From positions 1 through 31,095 of IMG/VR virus record IMGVR_UViG_3300029775_000377: a DNA stretch of 31,095 nucleotides, one strand, 5' to 3'. This DNA is from a virus (lineage: Duplodnaviria > Caudoviricetes). How positions within the stretch are numbered: the first letter of the stretch is position 1; each line of letters starts with the position of its first letter. Below the pieces are notes generated by a model. It had not been told where the DNA came from. It ran no database searches and worked only from the letters and a program-made list of their open reading frames with translations. Shown here in pieces: positions 8,879 through 17,239 of the stretch. Made by a program: the position numbers and the translations under genes.

Positions 8879-9204
8879 CAAATATCAGTCCTTTCAAAAA
8901 TAGGAGTCTTAATTGTGTAAATAGTTTCGTACATATCATCCGGGTCCGGAAGCCACAGCTGTTCGCGCGAAAATGCAAGACCAGCCGCATCAAAAAGCGA
9001 TTCCAATTTATCATTGCTTTTAGCTGTTTCGGAATATCGCTCAACGGTCAGGCTGTGCGTCGTGAGGGTATTCTTCATATCCGCGCCACCACGGTCCGCA
9101 TCGTCCCGGAAATAGATATATGGCAAGCCGGGAGCGTCACCCGGCGGAAAACATGTTTCAGAAACGGGTTCTCCTGACTGTTCCAGCCATGATTTAATGT
9201 CCGT
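8878..9204 (-). CDS. Putative tail terminator / completion protein (108 aa) whose expected start codon is ACG
   Basis: The frame extends upstream of the track ORF to (ACG)DIKSWLEQSGEPVSETCFPPGDAPGLPYIYF...GGAD....H.LTVE.YSE. GAGGTGA RBS at 9217-9211 lies 6 nt before the ACG at 9204-9202, and an in-frame TGA lies just upstream. Confidence 0.7.
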   Translation of the reverse strand, partial: TDIKSWLEQSGEPVSETCFPPGDAPGLPYIYFRDDADRGGADMKNTLTTHSLTVERYSETAKSNDKLESLFDAAGLAFSREQLWLPDPDDMYETIYTIKTPIFERTDI

Positions 9205-9580
9205 TGCGGATCACCTCTTTAACTCGCTTCTCAAATGCCGCGTTCGCCTTTTCTTCGTTCGGCTTGATGTGTGGCTGTGCCTTTGTCCGGCCGCCGTTTC
9301 GCGTGGCATGGCCGTTTTCAAGTAAATGTGTCAAACGGTATTCCTTATTATGAATAACCGTGTGTTTCTCAAGCGGCGTATCAGCCGTAACCGTAACTTT
9401 CCAGCCCTTTTTATACTTTCCGGTTGCACCGACCGGACTGTCAGCCTCAAGACTTTCTTTGCATTCTTTTGCCGTAATATCCTCGGCCTTTTTAACGCCG
9501 TCAATTACAGCATCGGAATACTGCTGCAGAGTGTTGGAAATTGCGCCCGCAAGGCCGTCAACTGATACCGTATCGCTCAT
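9194..9580 (-). CDS. HK97 gp10-family tail component (128 aa)
   Basis: SP...TG.Y.KGW, YRLTHLLENGHA.RNGGR..AQPHI.P motifs. Confidence 0.9.
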   Translation of the reverse strand: MSDTVSVDGLAGAISNTLQQYSDAVIDGVKKAEDITAKECKESLEADSPVGATGKYKKGWKVTVTADTPLEKHTVIHNKEYRLTHLLENGHATRNGGRTKAQPHIKPNEEKANAAFEKRVKEVIRNGH

Positions 9581-9903
9581 GTCGCCACCCCGATTTTTCT
9601 TAATGTTAGCACTGTGACGGGCGGGTTTGTGTCGTAGAGATATTGCGCCTGCTCGATTTTATAGATTACTTTTTCAATAACGGCTCGGTTTTCCGCTGTG
9701 ACATCTCCCCGCAGCGGAATTTGGATTAGCCGGTTAATTTCGGTACTGGCCGCACGGGCAGCGTAAAAACGCTTCATACCGACTGTCCGATTCCCATAAC
9801 TAAGCGTCAGCAGTTTGTCTTTCGGTTTGTTTCCGGAAACAGAGTAGATGTCACAGGAGCCGTCGTTGAACGTCAGAAATTCGGTTGGCGTCTCTATTTT
9901 CAT
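9577..9903 (-). CDS. Head-tail adaptor / head closure protein (108 aa)
   Basis: MKIETPTEFLTFNDG..IY...RTVGMKRFYAA...YKIEQ.Q...DT.PP...LTL. ATG at 9903 overlaps the upstream stop (ATGA); the track's upstream extension overlaps the connector gene. Confidence 0.8.
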   Translation of the reverse strand: MKIETPTEFLTFNDGSCDIYSVSGNKPKDKLLTLSYGNRTVGMKRFYAARAASTEINRLIQIPLRGDVTAENRAVIEKVIYKIEQAQYLYDTNPPVTVLTLRKIGVAT

Positions 9904-10445
9904 ACCATTACCACCCCTGCACGTTCCGCACCGTAATCGGTATTTATCTCGACTATTAAAATTTCGTCGCCGGAATCGGCGACAATAGGCGAAATGCCAT
10001 CCCATGCCGTCCATACGTTACCGGGCGGGCATACCTCTAAACGAGCGGGTAAGTTGTTGCCCACCTTATACACATAGTTATTGCCTTTATCGGCCGCTGG
10101 CGCAACCGTTAAATTATATTCCCCAGGGCTATCCGCCTTTGCAATTATTGTTAGACTGTCGATAATCGATGCCTGTGCAGTCAAATGCAATTCAAGCAAA
10201 TCCGACTCAAAATTGTGCCCGAATACTTCTAATGCTTGGCTGCGCGCGTATCTGCAATAATCGAGCAACAATGCGCGGGGCTGTTCCTCTGCTGTAAAAT
10301 CAAGTGGTGCGCCTGCAATCTGCTGCAAGCGCGCCATCCCTCGATTAATATATCCTGTAATTTCGGCGTCCGTGGCATCGTCCTGCCACGTGATTTTTAG
10401 ATATGCTTTTACTGTATCGAGCAACCCGTTAGGCAGGTCAGCCAT
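9900..10445 (-). CDS. Head-tail connector (HK97 gp6 / SPP1 gp15-like) fused to a C-terminal Ig-like domain (181 aa)
   Basis: LLDTVK.YL.ITW.D..TD......I..G...L....G..LDF.....R.LLLDYCRY.R....E.F..NF...LL.L, followed by ~85 aa similar to the major tail C-terminal domain. Confidence 0.85.
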   Translation of the reverse strand: MADLPNGLLDTVKAYLKITWQDDATDAEITGYINRGMARLQQIAGAPLDFTAEEQPRALLLDYCRYARSQALEVFGHNFESDLLELHLTAQASIIDSLTIIAKADSPGEYNLTVAPAADKGNNYVYKVGNNLPARLEVCPPGNVWTAWDGISPIVADSGDEILIVEINTDYGAERAGVVMV

Positions 10446-10459
10446 AGGTATCCACCTCT

Positions 10460-11665
10460 TTATTCAACGGCTTTGGTGTTGACCGGGCTTGTGGTCGGGT
10501 TGACAACGAATACCTGATGTTTAAGCGGAGTGAGCCCGGAAATGTCCGTGTACACAAACGCATTGTTGTCAAGTGCCATGCCGTTGCCGTACATCTTAAT
10601 TTTGTAGGTGCGCAAGTCGTCGAGGAATTTAAACTCGTCCGAATACTCTATACGGCCGCCGTTACCCCCGACGCCGACGCCCATAAAATATTTATCGGCG
10701 AGTCCAAAAACGGCCTTGCCCGACGGGACGTTAAGGTCTTGAATAACACGCGACGGGTAAGGGAGTACGTTGCTTACATAGCTCCCGGCATTCGTAAGAT
10801 AGGTCATTGCGGGCAGTACAAGCGTAAAGTAGTCCACAGGGTTTACAACCATGAGAATAGACGATACCGGGCGCATACGCCCGTTAGGACCTGTTGCAAG
10901 CGTCGAGGCTATTGTACCGAGCGTCTTAACATCGAGTGCCGTAATGGTAGTCGCGGTTTTGTCGGGATATACGCCCTCACTAATAGACCCGTCAAGGTCT
11001 TTAATCATGCCGATAGGCTGGCCTTTACCAGTACCGGCGACAATTCCCTGGCACAGAGCATAACCGAGAGCTTCCGATAACACCGCGCGCACATACGCGT
11101 CCATCCATTCAGGGCCGACGTCGAGCATATCACGGGATACCGCCATATATGCGGTAAGTTTGTTTAGAGTAATATCGACCGCGGCAATCGCGCCGGACAA
11201 TTCTGTTGATATTGCGCTATTGAGAGCGCCCCACGTCGCAAGCTGCATACCCTGTTTATTTACAATCATCTTTGTGACCGCGCTTGTATTCTGGAAATTA
11301 ATCACAGAGAGTAACGGGAAAGACGACTGAATATCGGACAGTACACTGTCAATAACAGTTGTCGGCAGGGTAGTTGTGTCAAGGCCGGTAAATGACATCT
11401 GCGGACGGTCGTAATTATCTTTTATAGCCGTCATCACAGACCCGTAATAGTTTTTTTCTGCTGATGTCAAAACGCGAATTCCACGGCGCTCAAGGATTTT
11501 TGTGTCCTGTGTCTGCTGAAACTCCTTATAATCGTTTACAATGCCATCCTGCAGCTGAACAGCAAAATCCGCAAACGCGTTTGTAACCGCCTCCGGGTCA
11601 TTGCTCTGCATGGCGGTTGAAAGACTGCTGTTGAGTTCTTGCTTAATTACATCTTTAGATTTCAT
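10460..11665 (-). CDS. Major capsid protein, HK97 fold (~401 aa)
   Basis: RG.R.LTS.E..YY, LP.TVID.V..D.....PLL..I.F.NT, KLTA......DMLD.GP.W.D.YVR..L.EA, GTGK.QPIGM, K.YGNG...DN.AF. ATG at 11665 with GGAGG RBS. Confidence 0.95.
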   Translation of the reverse strand: MKSKDVIKQELNSSLSTAMQSNDPEAVTNAFADFAVQLQDGIVNDYKEFQQTQDTKILERRGIRVLTSAEKNYYGSVMTAIKDNYDRPQMSFTGLDTTTLPTTVIDSVLSDIQSSFPLLSVINFQNTSAVTKMIVNKQGMQLATWGALNSAISTELSGAIAAVDITLNKLTAYMAVSRDMLDVGPEWMDAYVRAVLSEALGYALCQGIVAGTGKGQPIGMIKDLDGSISEGVYPDKTATTITALDVKTLGTIASTLATGPNGRMRPVSSILMVVNPVDYFTLVLPAMTYLTNAGSYVSNVLPYPSRVIQDLNVPSGKAVFGLADKYFMGVGVGGNGGRIEYSDEFKFLDDLRTYKIKMYGNGMALDNNAFVYTDISGLTPLKHQVFVVNPTTSPVNTKAVE

Positions 11666-12503
11666 TTTTTTTGCCTCCAAATAATATTTTGAGTCGAGAA
11701 GCATTTGTCTGCTCCGGCTCATGTTGTTTTGACAATTTGCTGATTTCTTCTGCCGTCTGCTTTGCAGCAGTTTTGGCTTTTTCAAGCTCGGCATAAAAAT
11801 CTTTGGTATCAAGATTCAGCGCCACCGTAACCGCGTCTGGACTTTTAGCCTGCGACTTTGCCGTAACCTTCTGTAATACCTGACGCATGGCGCTCTGTTG
11901 CGCCGTGCTGCTCTGTGTAGTACTCGCAATACTGGTGGCAAAACCCATTTTGACAGCCTCATCCGGCAGAATCCAAGTGCCCTCGTGGTTCTCACCGTCG
12001 AGCATTGCGTCGAGCTGGCCGCGTGTAATGTTTACGTGCTCCATGTAGGCGTTTCCCGCAGCCTTGGATATTTGGTCGAGCTGGTCGGCCTGCTGCCGGA
12101 GCTGCGCGCTGTTGCCAGCATCTGGTTGCATCCACGCATTGTGGATCATCAACACGGACGCCGCGTTCATGGTACGAGTGTCACCGGCCATGAATATAAT
12201 GGACGCCGCAGAACAGGCAAAGCCGTCCACAATGGTGTTGACGGTCGCTTTGCCGTTTTTCAGCACGTTGTATATTGCAAGGCCCTCGTTCACATAGCCG
12301 CCCATGCTGTTGATGTGGACATTGATGGTATCCACATCCAGTGCCTGAATGTCTTTCACAATGGAGAGACTGGACGTTTCGCCAACGTCCAGGCCGAGCC
12401 AATCGGTAAAGCCTGTTTCGGTGGCATCCACAATGTCACCAAAAATATAGAGTTCTGCCGTTCTCGTTTGTTCGTTTGTTTCCAAGGAGTAATATTTTTT
12501 CAT
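11655..12503 (-). CDS. ClpP-type head maturation protease (282 aa)
   Basis: INVHINSMGG.V.EG.AIYN.LK, DGFACSAASIIFMAGD, LMIHNAW and TW....EA...GFAT motifs. Confidence 0.93.
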   Translation of the reverse strand: MKKYYSLETNEQTRTAELYIFGDIVDATETGFTDWLGLDVGETSSLSIVKDIQALDVDTINVHINSMGGYVNEGLAIYNVLKNGKATVNTIVDGFACSAASIIFMAGDTRTMNAASVLMIHNAWMQPDAGNSAQLRQQADQLDQISKAAGNAYMEHVNITRGQLDAMLDGENHEGTWILPDEAVKMGFATSIASTTQSSTAQQSAMRQVLQKVTAKSQAKSPDAVTVALNLDTKDFYAELEKAKTAAKQTAEEISKLSKQHEPEQTNASRLKILFGGKKNEI

Positions 12504-13666
12504 CCTGTATCACCTCCATCCGCCGGTTCATCGACCGGCGCATAATTTTTTGTGCGTACAAATTGCTTACTCCACCACGTATTAAGCGGCGCGTCGCCGA
12601 GCTTTTGGCGCAGCTCGTCGGTGTTGTAAAGTCCGTCGGATATCAGCTTGTCCGCCGACGTCGCAACATCAAATATATCAATGTGCTTTATGCACGTGGT
12701 GTCAAATCTTAAATACGTTTCCACGAGGTAGTTTTTTTTGCCGTATCGTTTCCGGTTAATTTCGGCCTGCAACAAATCAATCAACGGGTCGATGCATACT
12801 GTCAACAATTCATCCATAACTTTGCTGACGTCAGCAATATCCCCCTGCAGCAATGCGGGGGGAATCCGGAACGCCTGTGCAACACGGGCGAACGCTTCTT
12901 TTGTGATATTGGTGATGTCGTTGACTTCTGACGTGGATTTTTTACTACCCTCGCCGGTAATTTCCTGATAGTCGATGCCATTTGGCAGCGCAACAACCGC
13001 ATTTTCGGATTCAAAATATTTTTTAAAGCCCTTTGTAAACAAATCATTCGTCTGCTCTTTTGACTTTTCGTCTCCGGTTGCCGCTTTATTGAGCTTCGCA
13101 ATGCCTTTCCTGCCGCCCGCACGTTTATACTTGCCCATTGCCATAGAGAGAAGCTTGTTATACCCGGACATAACGTTAGACAGCAGTGCCCGGATATTCC
13201 GGCTGTTCAGCCGAAAATAGAGGACATCGGACATACTGAATGTCTTATCAAACGTAAAACTATCATCAAACGTCGTCACCGTTACGCCAGAGAATGTTGC
13301 CGGAAACAGTGCATACCCCGCAGCGGTAAAACTGTCGGCAATAAGCAGCTGCCCGCCGGCTTCCACGACAAGCGCTTCATTATCATGGAGAAGCTTTGAA
13401 ACAAGCTGCTGCAGGAACTGGCTGCTATTCTGATTAGCGTTCGGTTCCACATTCCAAAGGTAATATTCATCGCCTTTAACTTCTTTGCCTTCGACATAGG
13501 TCTTAATTTCGCACTTTGCGATTAACCCGGCCAGCATATTAATGGCCATCTGGATGGCGAAGTCTTCGATGTCCAACTGCAGCTTTGCATTGTCTCCCAA
13601 ACGCTGATTCAGCTTGTATGTTTTACCGGGCTGAAAAATGTCCCGAAAGAAATCAATAATTTTCAA
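12500..13666 (-). CDS. Portal protein, HK97 family (388 aa)
   Basis: YYLWNVEPN.NQNSSQF...L...LL..NEALV, VA.AF.IPP.LL.GD, LISDG....DELR motifs. TTG start with GAGGTGA RBS. Confidence 0.93.
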   Translation of the reverse strand: MKIIDFFRDIFQPGKTYKLNQRLGDNAKLQLDIEDFAIQMAINMLAGLIAKCEIKTYVEGKEVKGDEYYLWNVEPNANQNSSQFLQQLVSKLLHDNEALVVEAGGQLLIADSFTAAGYALFPATFSGVTVTTFDDSFTFDKTFSMSDVLYFRLNSRNIRALLSNVMSGYNKLLSMAMGKYKRAGGRKGIAKLNKAATGDEKSKEQTNDLFTKGFKKYFESENAVVALPNGIDYQEITGEGSKKSTSEVNDITNITKEAFARVAQAFRIPPALLQGDIADVSKVMDELLTVCIDPLIDLLQAEINRKRYGKKNYLVETYLRFDTTCIKHIDIFDVATSADKLISDGLYNTDELRQKLGDAPLNTWWSKQFVRTKNYAPVDEPADGGDTG

Positions 13667-13677
13667 TCGTCATCACC

Positions 13678-15324
13678 TCAATACGAATAGACTTTGAAGC
13701 CTGAAATGCTGCTCTCCTCGCCGCTGTCGGCAAGGTTTTCGCTCGCACATATTGCAGCCACCATTGCTGTAAACCCGTCCGTTTTACGGGACTTTTCCTC
13801 TTTTTTGCCGTAATACTGGTTTCCGTCTTTTGTGATAATGCAAGCATTATTTGTGTACCATGGCATCATTGGGTCGTCGCCCCAAATAATCCGGTGCGTG
13901 TTGAATAATGACGTAATAACCGGCACATAGCGGTTTTCTGTGACACGTTTCGTCAGCATGATATTATTTGCGCCGCCTTTGTCGGTATCAAAGCCAGCTT
14001 CGCGCAGTGCCCGTGTCAATAGCGTATACCGAAAATTATCAAGGCCGAGCAAAGTAATGTTATATTCCTTTGCCTTGTCCGCAAGCCACGCGGCGGGAAC
14101 ATCCGGAGAAATTTCCGGGCCATCGCAGAACGTCAAATAACCTTTTTCCTCCCAGTCGTCGAGTGGAGCTTTTATCCGCGGCAAATCAATACTTGCCCGG
14201 CATACCCAGCTGTGCTGCATCCAACAATAAAAGCCCTTGTACTTAAACAAGAGCCCGGCGCTTAAAAAGTCTGTTGTTTTCATATAGTCGATGCCCGCAA
14301 CGCAATCGCACCATTCCAAATCCGGCAGTGGCCCTTTTGCCGCGAGGATGTTGTTCCAGTCCGTCACGCTTTCATCGTCAAAAGTTTTCGGGAGGTTCAT
14401 GCGTTTTACAACGAACGAGGAATTGCCGGACGGATTGCTTTGATAATTCCCATATTCCTGCTCAAGCTCTTGCCGGAGCACAGGGAAATATTGTAGTGAC
14501 GGGTTCGCCTTATACCACATCTTAGGGTTGTCAACTTCCGCCAGGTCGTCCAGCCGGCAGATGAACGGCAGCATTCCTTTGTCGTCCATACCGCCGTTTA
14601 AAATTTGGTTGGCTTGTGCTTTAATATCGTCCAATGGGCCGCCACGAACATATCCGTCCGTTGTGATGATAGTCTGGCGGGGAAAAGCTTTCTTCCCGAG
14701 GCCAGTGCGGGCAACGTCAACCATTTTGTAATTTTCGTAGGCGTGGAATTCATCAAATACAACGGCACCCGGCCGGCCACCGTCTTTGGTTTTTACCCCG
14801 GAAGTTCGGAAACGGATTCGAGAGCCCGTTGCGAGGTTTGTAATGACTTCCTTATTCCAAGTAAAAAAGCGGCCGAGCTTTGCGCTATTATCTTCCAGCA
14901 CGTTATACACATCTTCAAAGCTGGTCTTTGCCTGGTCCTCAGCCGTAGCGAAAATATCGACGTCGTAGTTTTTAACACCATTAATCGGCGTAATCCAGTT
15001 AAACGCCTCGAAAGACAGATATCCGTTCTTCCCTGCTCCCCGGCCAACCATGATAAAAAGAATAGGCCAGCGGAGTAATCCGTCGGCCCGATATGTACAG
15101 TTGTGAAGCGCAAAAACGAATTTTTCCCACGGCAGCAGCCGAAACGGGAAAAACTTCTGCTTGTCGAGATACCGCGCAAGCTGCCTCTCGTCAATATGGA
15201 TATCTTCTGTTGCAAAACATTTCTCGATGTATTCACATAGCCGGAGCTGGTCTTTGCAGACAGGGACAGCACCATGGCGAACCTGTGCGGTATAATCGGC
15301 GACTTCTTTACAAATCACGTTCAT
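13678..15324 (-). CDS. terL: Terminase large subunit
   Basis: Walker A GRGAGKNG, Walker B VVFDEFH, ITTDG, W.KANPSL, nuclease GID...TTDF and KTDGF.A.V.A. Start probably 15324 or 15327, overlapping the terS end. Confidence 0.95.
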   Translation of the reverse strand: MNVICKEVADYTAQVRHGAVPVCKDQLRLCEYIEKCFATEDIHIDERQLARYLDKQKFFPFRLLPWEKFVFALHNCTYRADGLLRWPILFIMVGRGAGKNGYLSFEAFNWITPINGVKNYDVDIFATAEDQAKTSFEDVYNVLEDNSAKLGRFFTWNKEVITNLATGSRIRFRTSGVKTKDGGRPGAVVFDEFHAYENYKMVDVARTGLGKKAFPRQTIITTDGYVRGGPLDDIKAQANQILNGGMDDKGMLPFICRLDDLAEVDNPKMWYKANPSLQYFPVLRQELEQEYGNYQSNPSGNSSFVVKRMNLPKTFDDESVTDWNNILAAKGPLPDLEWCDCVAGIDYMKTTDFLSAGLLFKYKGFYCWMQHSWVCRASIDLPRIKAPLDDWEEKGYLTFCDGPEISPDVPAAWLADKAKEYNITLLGLDNFRYTLLTRALREAGFDTDKGGANNIMLTKRVTENRYVPVITSLFNTHRIIWGDDPMMPWYTNNACIITKDGNQYYGKKEEKSRKTDGFTAMVAAICASENLADSGEESSISGFKVYSY

Positions 15325-15646
15325 CATCGTCCTGTTTAGCGTTCTTGCTGTCAGCCGGAGGCATAACTGTTTCCGTGCTGAGTCCGAGCGCCGCCAAAAT
15401 AGCAACCATCTGCTTGCTGTATTTCAGTGCTTCTTCCACTGACGGATTATTCTTCTCATAATCCTTACCGGCAGCGGAAACCGTCGTGTAGGTGCGGCCA
15501 CGCTTTTGGATATCAGCCTGCATCTGGTGGAACTGTTGGTAAAACCACATATAATCATCAATCAGAGCGCGGTAAAGTGTGACATCCGCGCCCTTCGCTT
15601 GAAGCTGCTCAATAAGAGATTCTTTTACTTCTTTTGCTTTCGCCAT
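15308..15646 (-). CDS. terS: Terminase small subunit, P27 family (112 aa)
   Basis: SL..QL...GA....Y..LIDDY, DI..RG, K.NPSV.....Y.KQM..IL..LGL motifs; GAGG RBS. Confidence 0.88.
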   Translation of the reverse strand: MAKAKEVKESLIEQLQAKGADVTLYRALIDDYMWFYQQFHQMQADIQKRGRTYTTVSAAGKDYEKNNPSVEEALKYSKQMVAILAALGLSTETVMPPADSKNAKQDDDERDL

Positions 15647-15649
15647 ATT

Positions 15650-15766
15650 TACCGCCTCTTTTCACTCAATTTTTTCTACGTGCACGCGAGGAATCGGAAC
15701 AGTCGAGCCTGTTGCCCGTTCTCCCCACCGTCGACCGCTTTTCGGATTTTTGACCCGGGGGTGGTG
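15650..15766. other. Candidate cos / packaging initiation region
   Basis: Non-coding gap between the HNH-linked ORF and terS, containing CCCCCGGG (minus strand) and short palindromes (GTCGAC, CGTGCACG). HNH+P27 TerS+HK97-type heads normally package from cos here. The exact cut site is not identifiable by eye. Confidence 0.45.
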
Positions 15767-16036
15767 TCACGTTCCGCTCTGAAAAACGTCAAACGCCCCG
15801 CCATAAATCTGCTTCCGCATATTCTCTTTCAGTTCCTCAAGGTCAATGGTGACAGTCGTATTCTCCGCAATCTTAACATCACGGTAATCATGCTTTGCCA
15901 GTGCAGGCATAACGGTAGGCCCAGTAAGTGGCGCGCTCGCCTGTGCCATAAAGGCATTGGCCTCCATCTGCTTGTGCTGGCACGTTCCTGCATACCGACA
16001 CTCGCGGCACCGTCTGCTTAATCTGCTCAGCCCCAT
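15767..16036 (-). CDS. Hypothetical protein with CxxC-x5-C motif (89 aa)
   Basis: MGLSRLSRRCRECRYAGTCQHKQME...; ATG 2 nt after the HNH stop with GAGGTGG RBS. Confidence 0.65.
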   Translation of the reverse strand: MGLSRLSRRCRECRYAGTCQHKQMEANAFMAQASAPLTGPTVMPALAKHDYRDVKIAENTTVTIDLEELKENMRKQIYGGAFDVFQSGT

Positions 16037-16038
16037 TG

Positions 16039-16365
16039 CTACCACCTCTCGTCGTTCCACTTAGATTTTTGCTTATGATGAATATTGTAATGGCACTCGT
16101 CGCATACCGCAATTAAATTACCCTTTGTCAGTGCCAGCCACGGTGCTTGCCTTACGGTCTTGATGTGGTGCACAGTCGTTGCCGAAACGTATAAGCCCTT
16201 AGCTTTACACAGTTGACACTCTCCGTGCTGCTCCCGCAAGACCTCGGCCCGAAGATGCAACCAGGCTTTAGAAATATAAAACGCGTGGAGATTATCCGAC
16301 GCGATAAGCGCCGGTATCCATACCATGAGTTCGGACGGCGTATAGGTTTTATATTGGCGTGACAT
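16039..16365 (-). CDS. HNH endonuclease (terminase-associated, 108 aa)
   Basis: FY.SK.W..LR..VL......CQLC, ATTVHHIK, NL.AVC..CH..IH motifs. Confidence 0.92.
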   Translation of the reverse strand: MSRQYKTYTPSELMVWIPALIASDNLHAFYISKAWLHLRAEVLREQHGECQLCKAKGLYVSATTVHHIKTVRQAPWLALTKGNLIAVCDECHYNIHHKQKSKWNDERW

Positions 16366-16377
16366 TGCGCTACCTCT

Positions 16378-16443
16378 TATGCGTACGAAATGCGTATATA
16401 TTTTTCAAAGGCTCTTGACTTATGCGTATTGAGTGTGTATAAT
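16378..16443 (+). promoter_or_regulatory. hicAB promoter with two copies of a 21-bp operator-like box
   Basis: TTGACT (16415-16420), 17 nt, TATAAT (16438-16443). Boxes TATGCGTA-CGAAA-TGCGTATA (16378-16398) and TATGCGTA-TTGAG-TGTGTATA (16421-16441). Confidence 0.8.
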
Positions 16444-16462
16444 ATAATTATGGGGTGAGGAT

Positions 16463-16636
16463 ATGAAACACAGGGATTTGATAAAAAGATTTGAGCATAA
16501 CGGTTGGTGGATGGCAAGGCACGGAACTAACCACGACGTATACACAAATGGAAAGAAAAGTGAGCCGGTTCCCCGCCACAGTGAAATCGACGAAGATTTA
16601 GCAAAGGCAATCATCAAACGGCAGGGCTTGAAATAA
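16463..16636 (+). CDS. hicA: HicA-family mRNA interferase toxin (57 aa; absent from the ORF track)
   Basis: MKHRDLIKRFEHNGWWMARHGTNHDVYTNGKKSEPVPRHSEIDEDLAKAIIKRQGLK with the G..H catalytic His and VPRH.EI...LA..I motif; upstream of hicB. Confidence 0.93.
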   Translation: MKHRDLIKRFEHNGWWMARHGTNHDVYTNGKKSEPVPRHSEIDEDLAKAIIKRQGLK

Positions 16637-16676
16637 AGCCCGCCGCCGCGGTTAAAATATACGGAGGTGCTTAATT

Positions 16677-17069
16677 ATGAAAAAGGTTTATCCCATTATC
16701 CTCGCCCCTGCGAAAATTGGATACGTGGTATTTGTTCCCGACCTTGAAATTAATACTCAGGGTCACGATATTGCTGAAGCGATTGACATGGCTCGTGACG
16801 CAATCGGCCTATGGGGGATTACAGAACAAGACGCCGGTCGGAAAATACCTGAACCGTCAACTGCTAATGTAAATCATAAGCCCGAAGAAATTGTAACTTT
16901 GGTCGATATTGACTTTGACGCTTACCGCCGCGCAAATGATATGCGGACCATCCGAAAAAATGTTACAGTCCCCAGTTGGCTGAATGACCTAGCCGAAAAG
17001 TCGGGGGTTAATTTTTCTCAGGTTTTGCAAGATGGTTTAAAACAGCGGCTGCACGTTGTTGACCGGTAA
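16677..17069 (+). CDS. hicB: HicB-family antitoxin with C-terminal RHH-type DNA-binding region (130 aa)
   Basis: YP.I......GY.V.VPDL...TQG....EA..MARDAI, IP.PS, RKNVTVP.WLN..AE..GVNFSQVLQ..L; GGAGGTG RBS. Confidence 0.95.
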   Translation: MKKVYPIILAPAKIGYVVFVPDLEINTQGHDIAEAIDMARDAIGLWGITEQDAGRKIPEPSTANVNHKPEEIVTLVDIDFDAYRRANDMRTIRKNVTVPSWLNDLAEKSGVNFSQVLQDGLKQRLHVVDR

Positions 17070-17181
17070 GCGAATCCCCGTCTGATGAAGGCGGGGATTT
17101 TGCTTGATACGGGCACCTCGGCAGCATACACACCCACGCACCGGTACGTTTATATTGGCACCATATGCAGTTGCCGCACAC
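17008..17181 (-). CDS. Small Cys-rich ORF (57 codons) whose 3' half runs antisense into hicB
   Basis: GGAGGTGA RBS, 6 nt, GTG; MCGNCIWCQYKRTGAWVCMLPRCPYQ... Confidence 0.5.
   Translation of the reverse strand: MCGNCIWCQYKRTGAWVCMLPRCPYQAKSPPSSDGDSLTGQQRAAAVLNHLAKPEKN
17073..17105 (+). terminator. Intrinsic terminator of hicAB
   Basis: AATCCCCGTCT-GATGA-AGGCGGGGATT followed by TTGCTT, immediately after the hicB stop. Confidence 0.75.
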
Positions 17182-17208
17182 TGCCGCTCACCTCCGAAAA
17201 TGGGTATG

Positions 17209-17236
17209 AAAAAGGACGCCGGTTAAGGCTGCCCCT
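17209..17236 (-). terminator. Second terminator-like hairpin in the late leader
   Basis: Minus strand AGGGGCAGCC-TTAACC-GGCGTCCT-TTTT (bulged stem, U tail). Confidence 0.55.
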
Positions 17237-17239
17237 ATA

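Noticed and set aside
10460-15405. Long N-terminal extensions given by the track for the capsid (11812) and TerL (15405), and likewise 237, 10014, 29076, 29797
   Set aside because: They overlap upstream genes; downstream ATGs with good RBSs or family-typical N-termini fit better.
16420-16617. Minus-strand 65-aa ORF
   Set aside because: It is the reverse complement of hicA and its promoter; the + strand frame has the family motifs.
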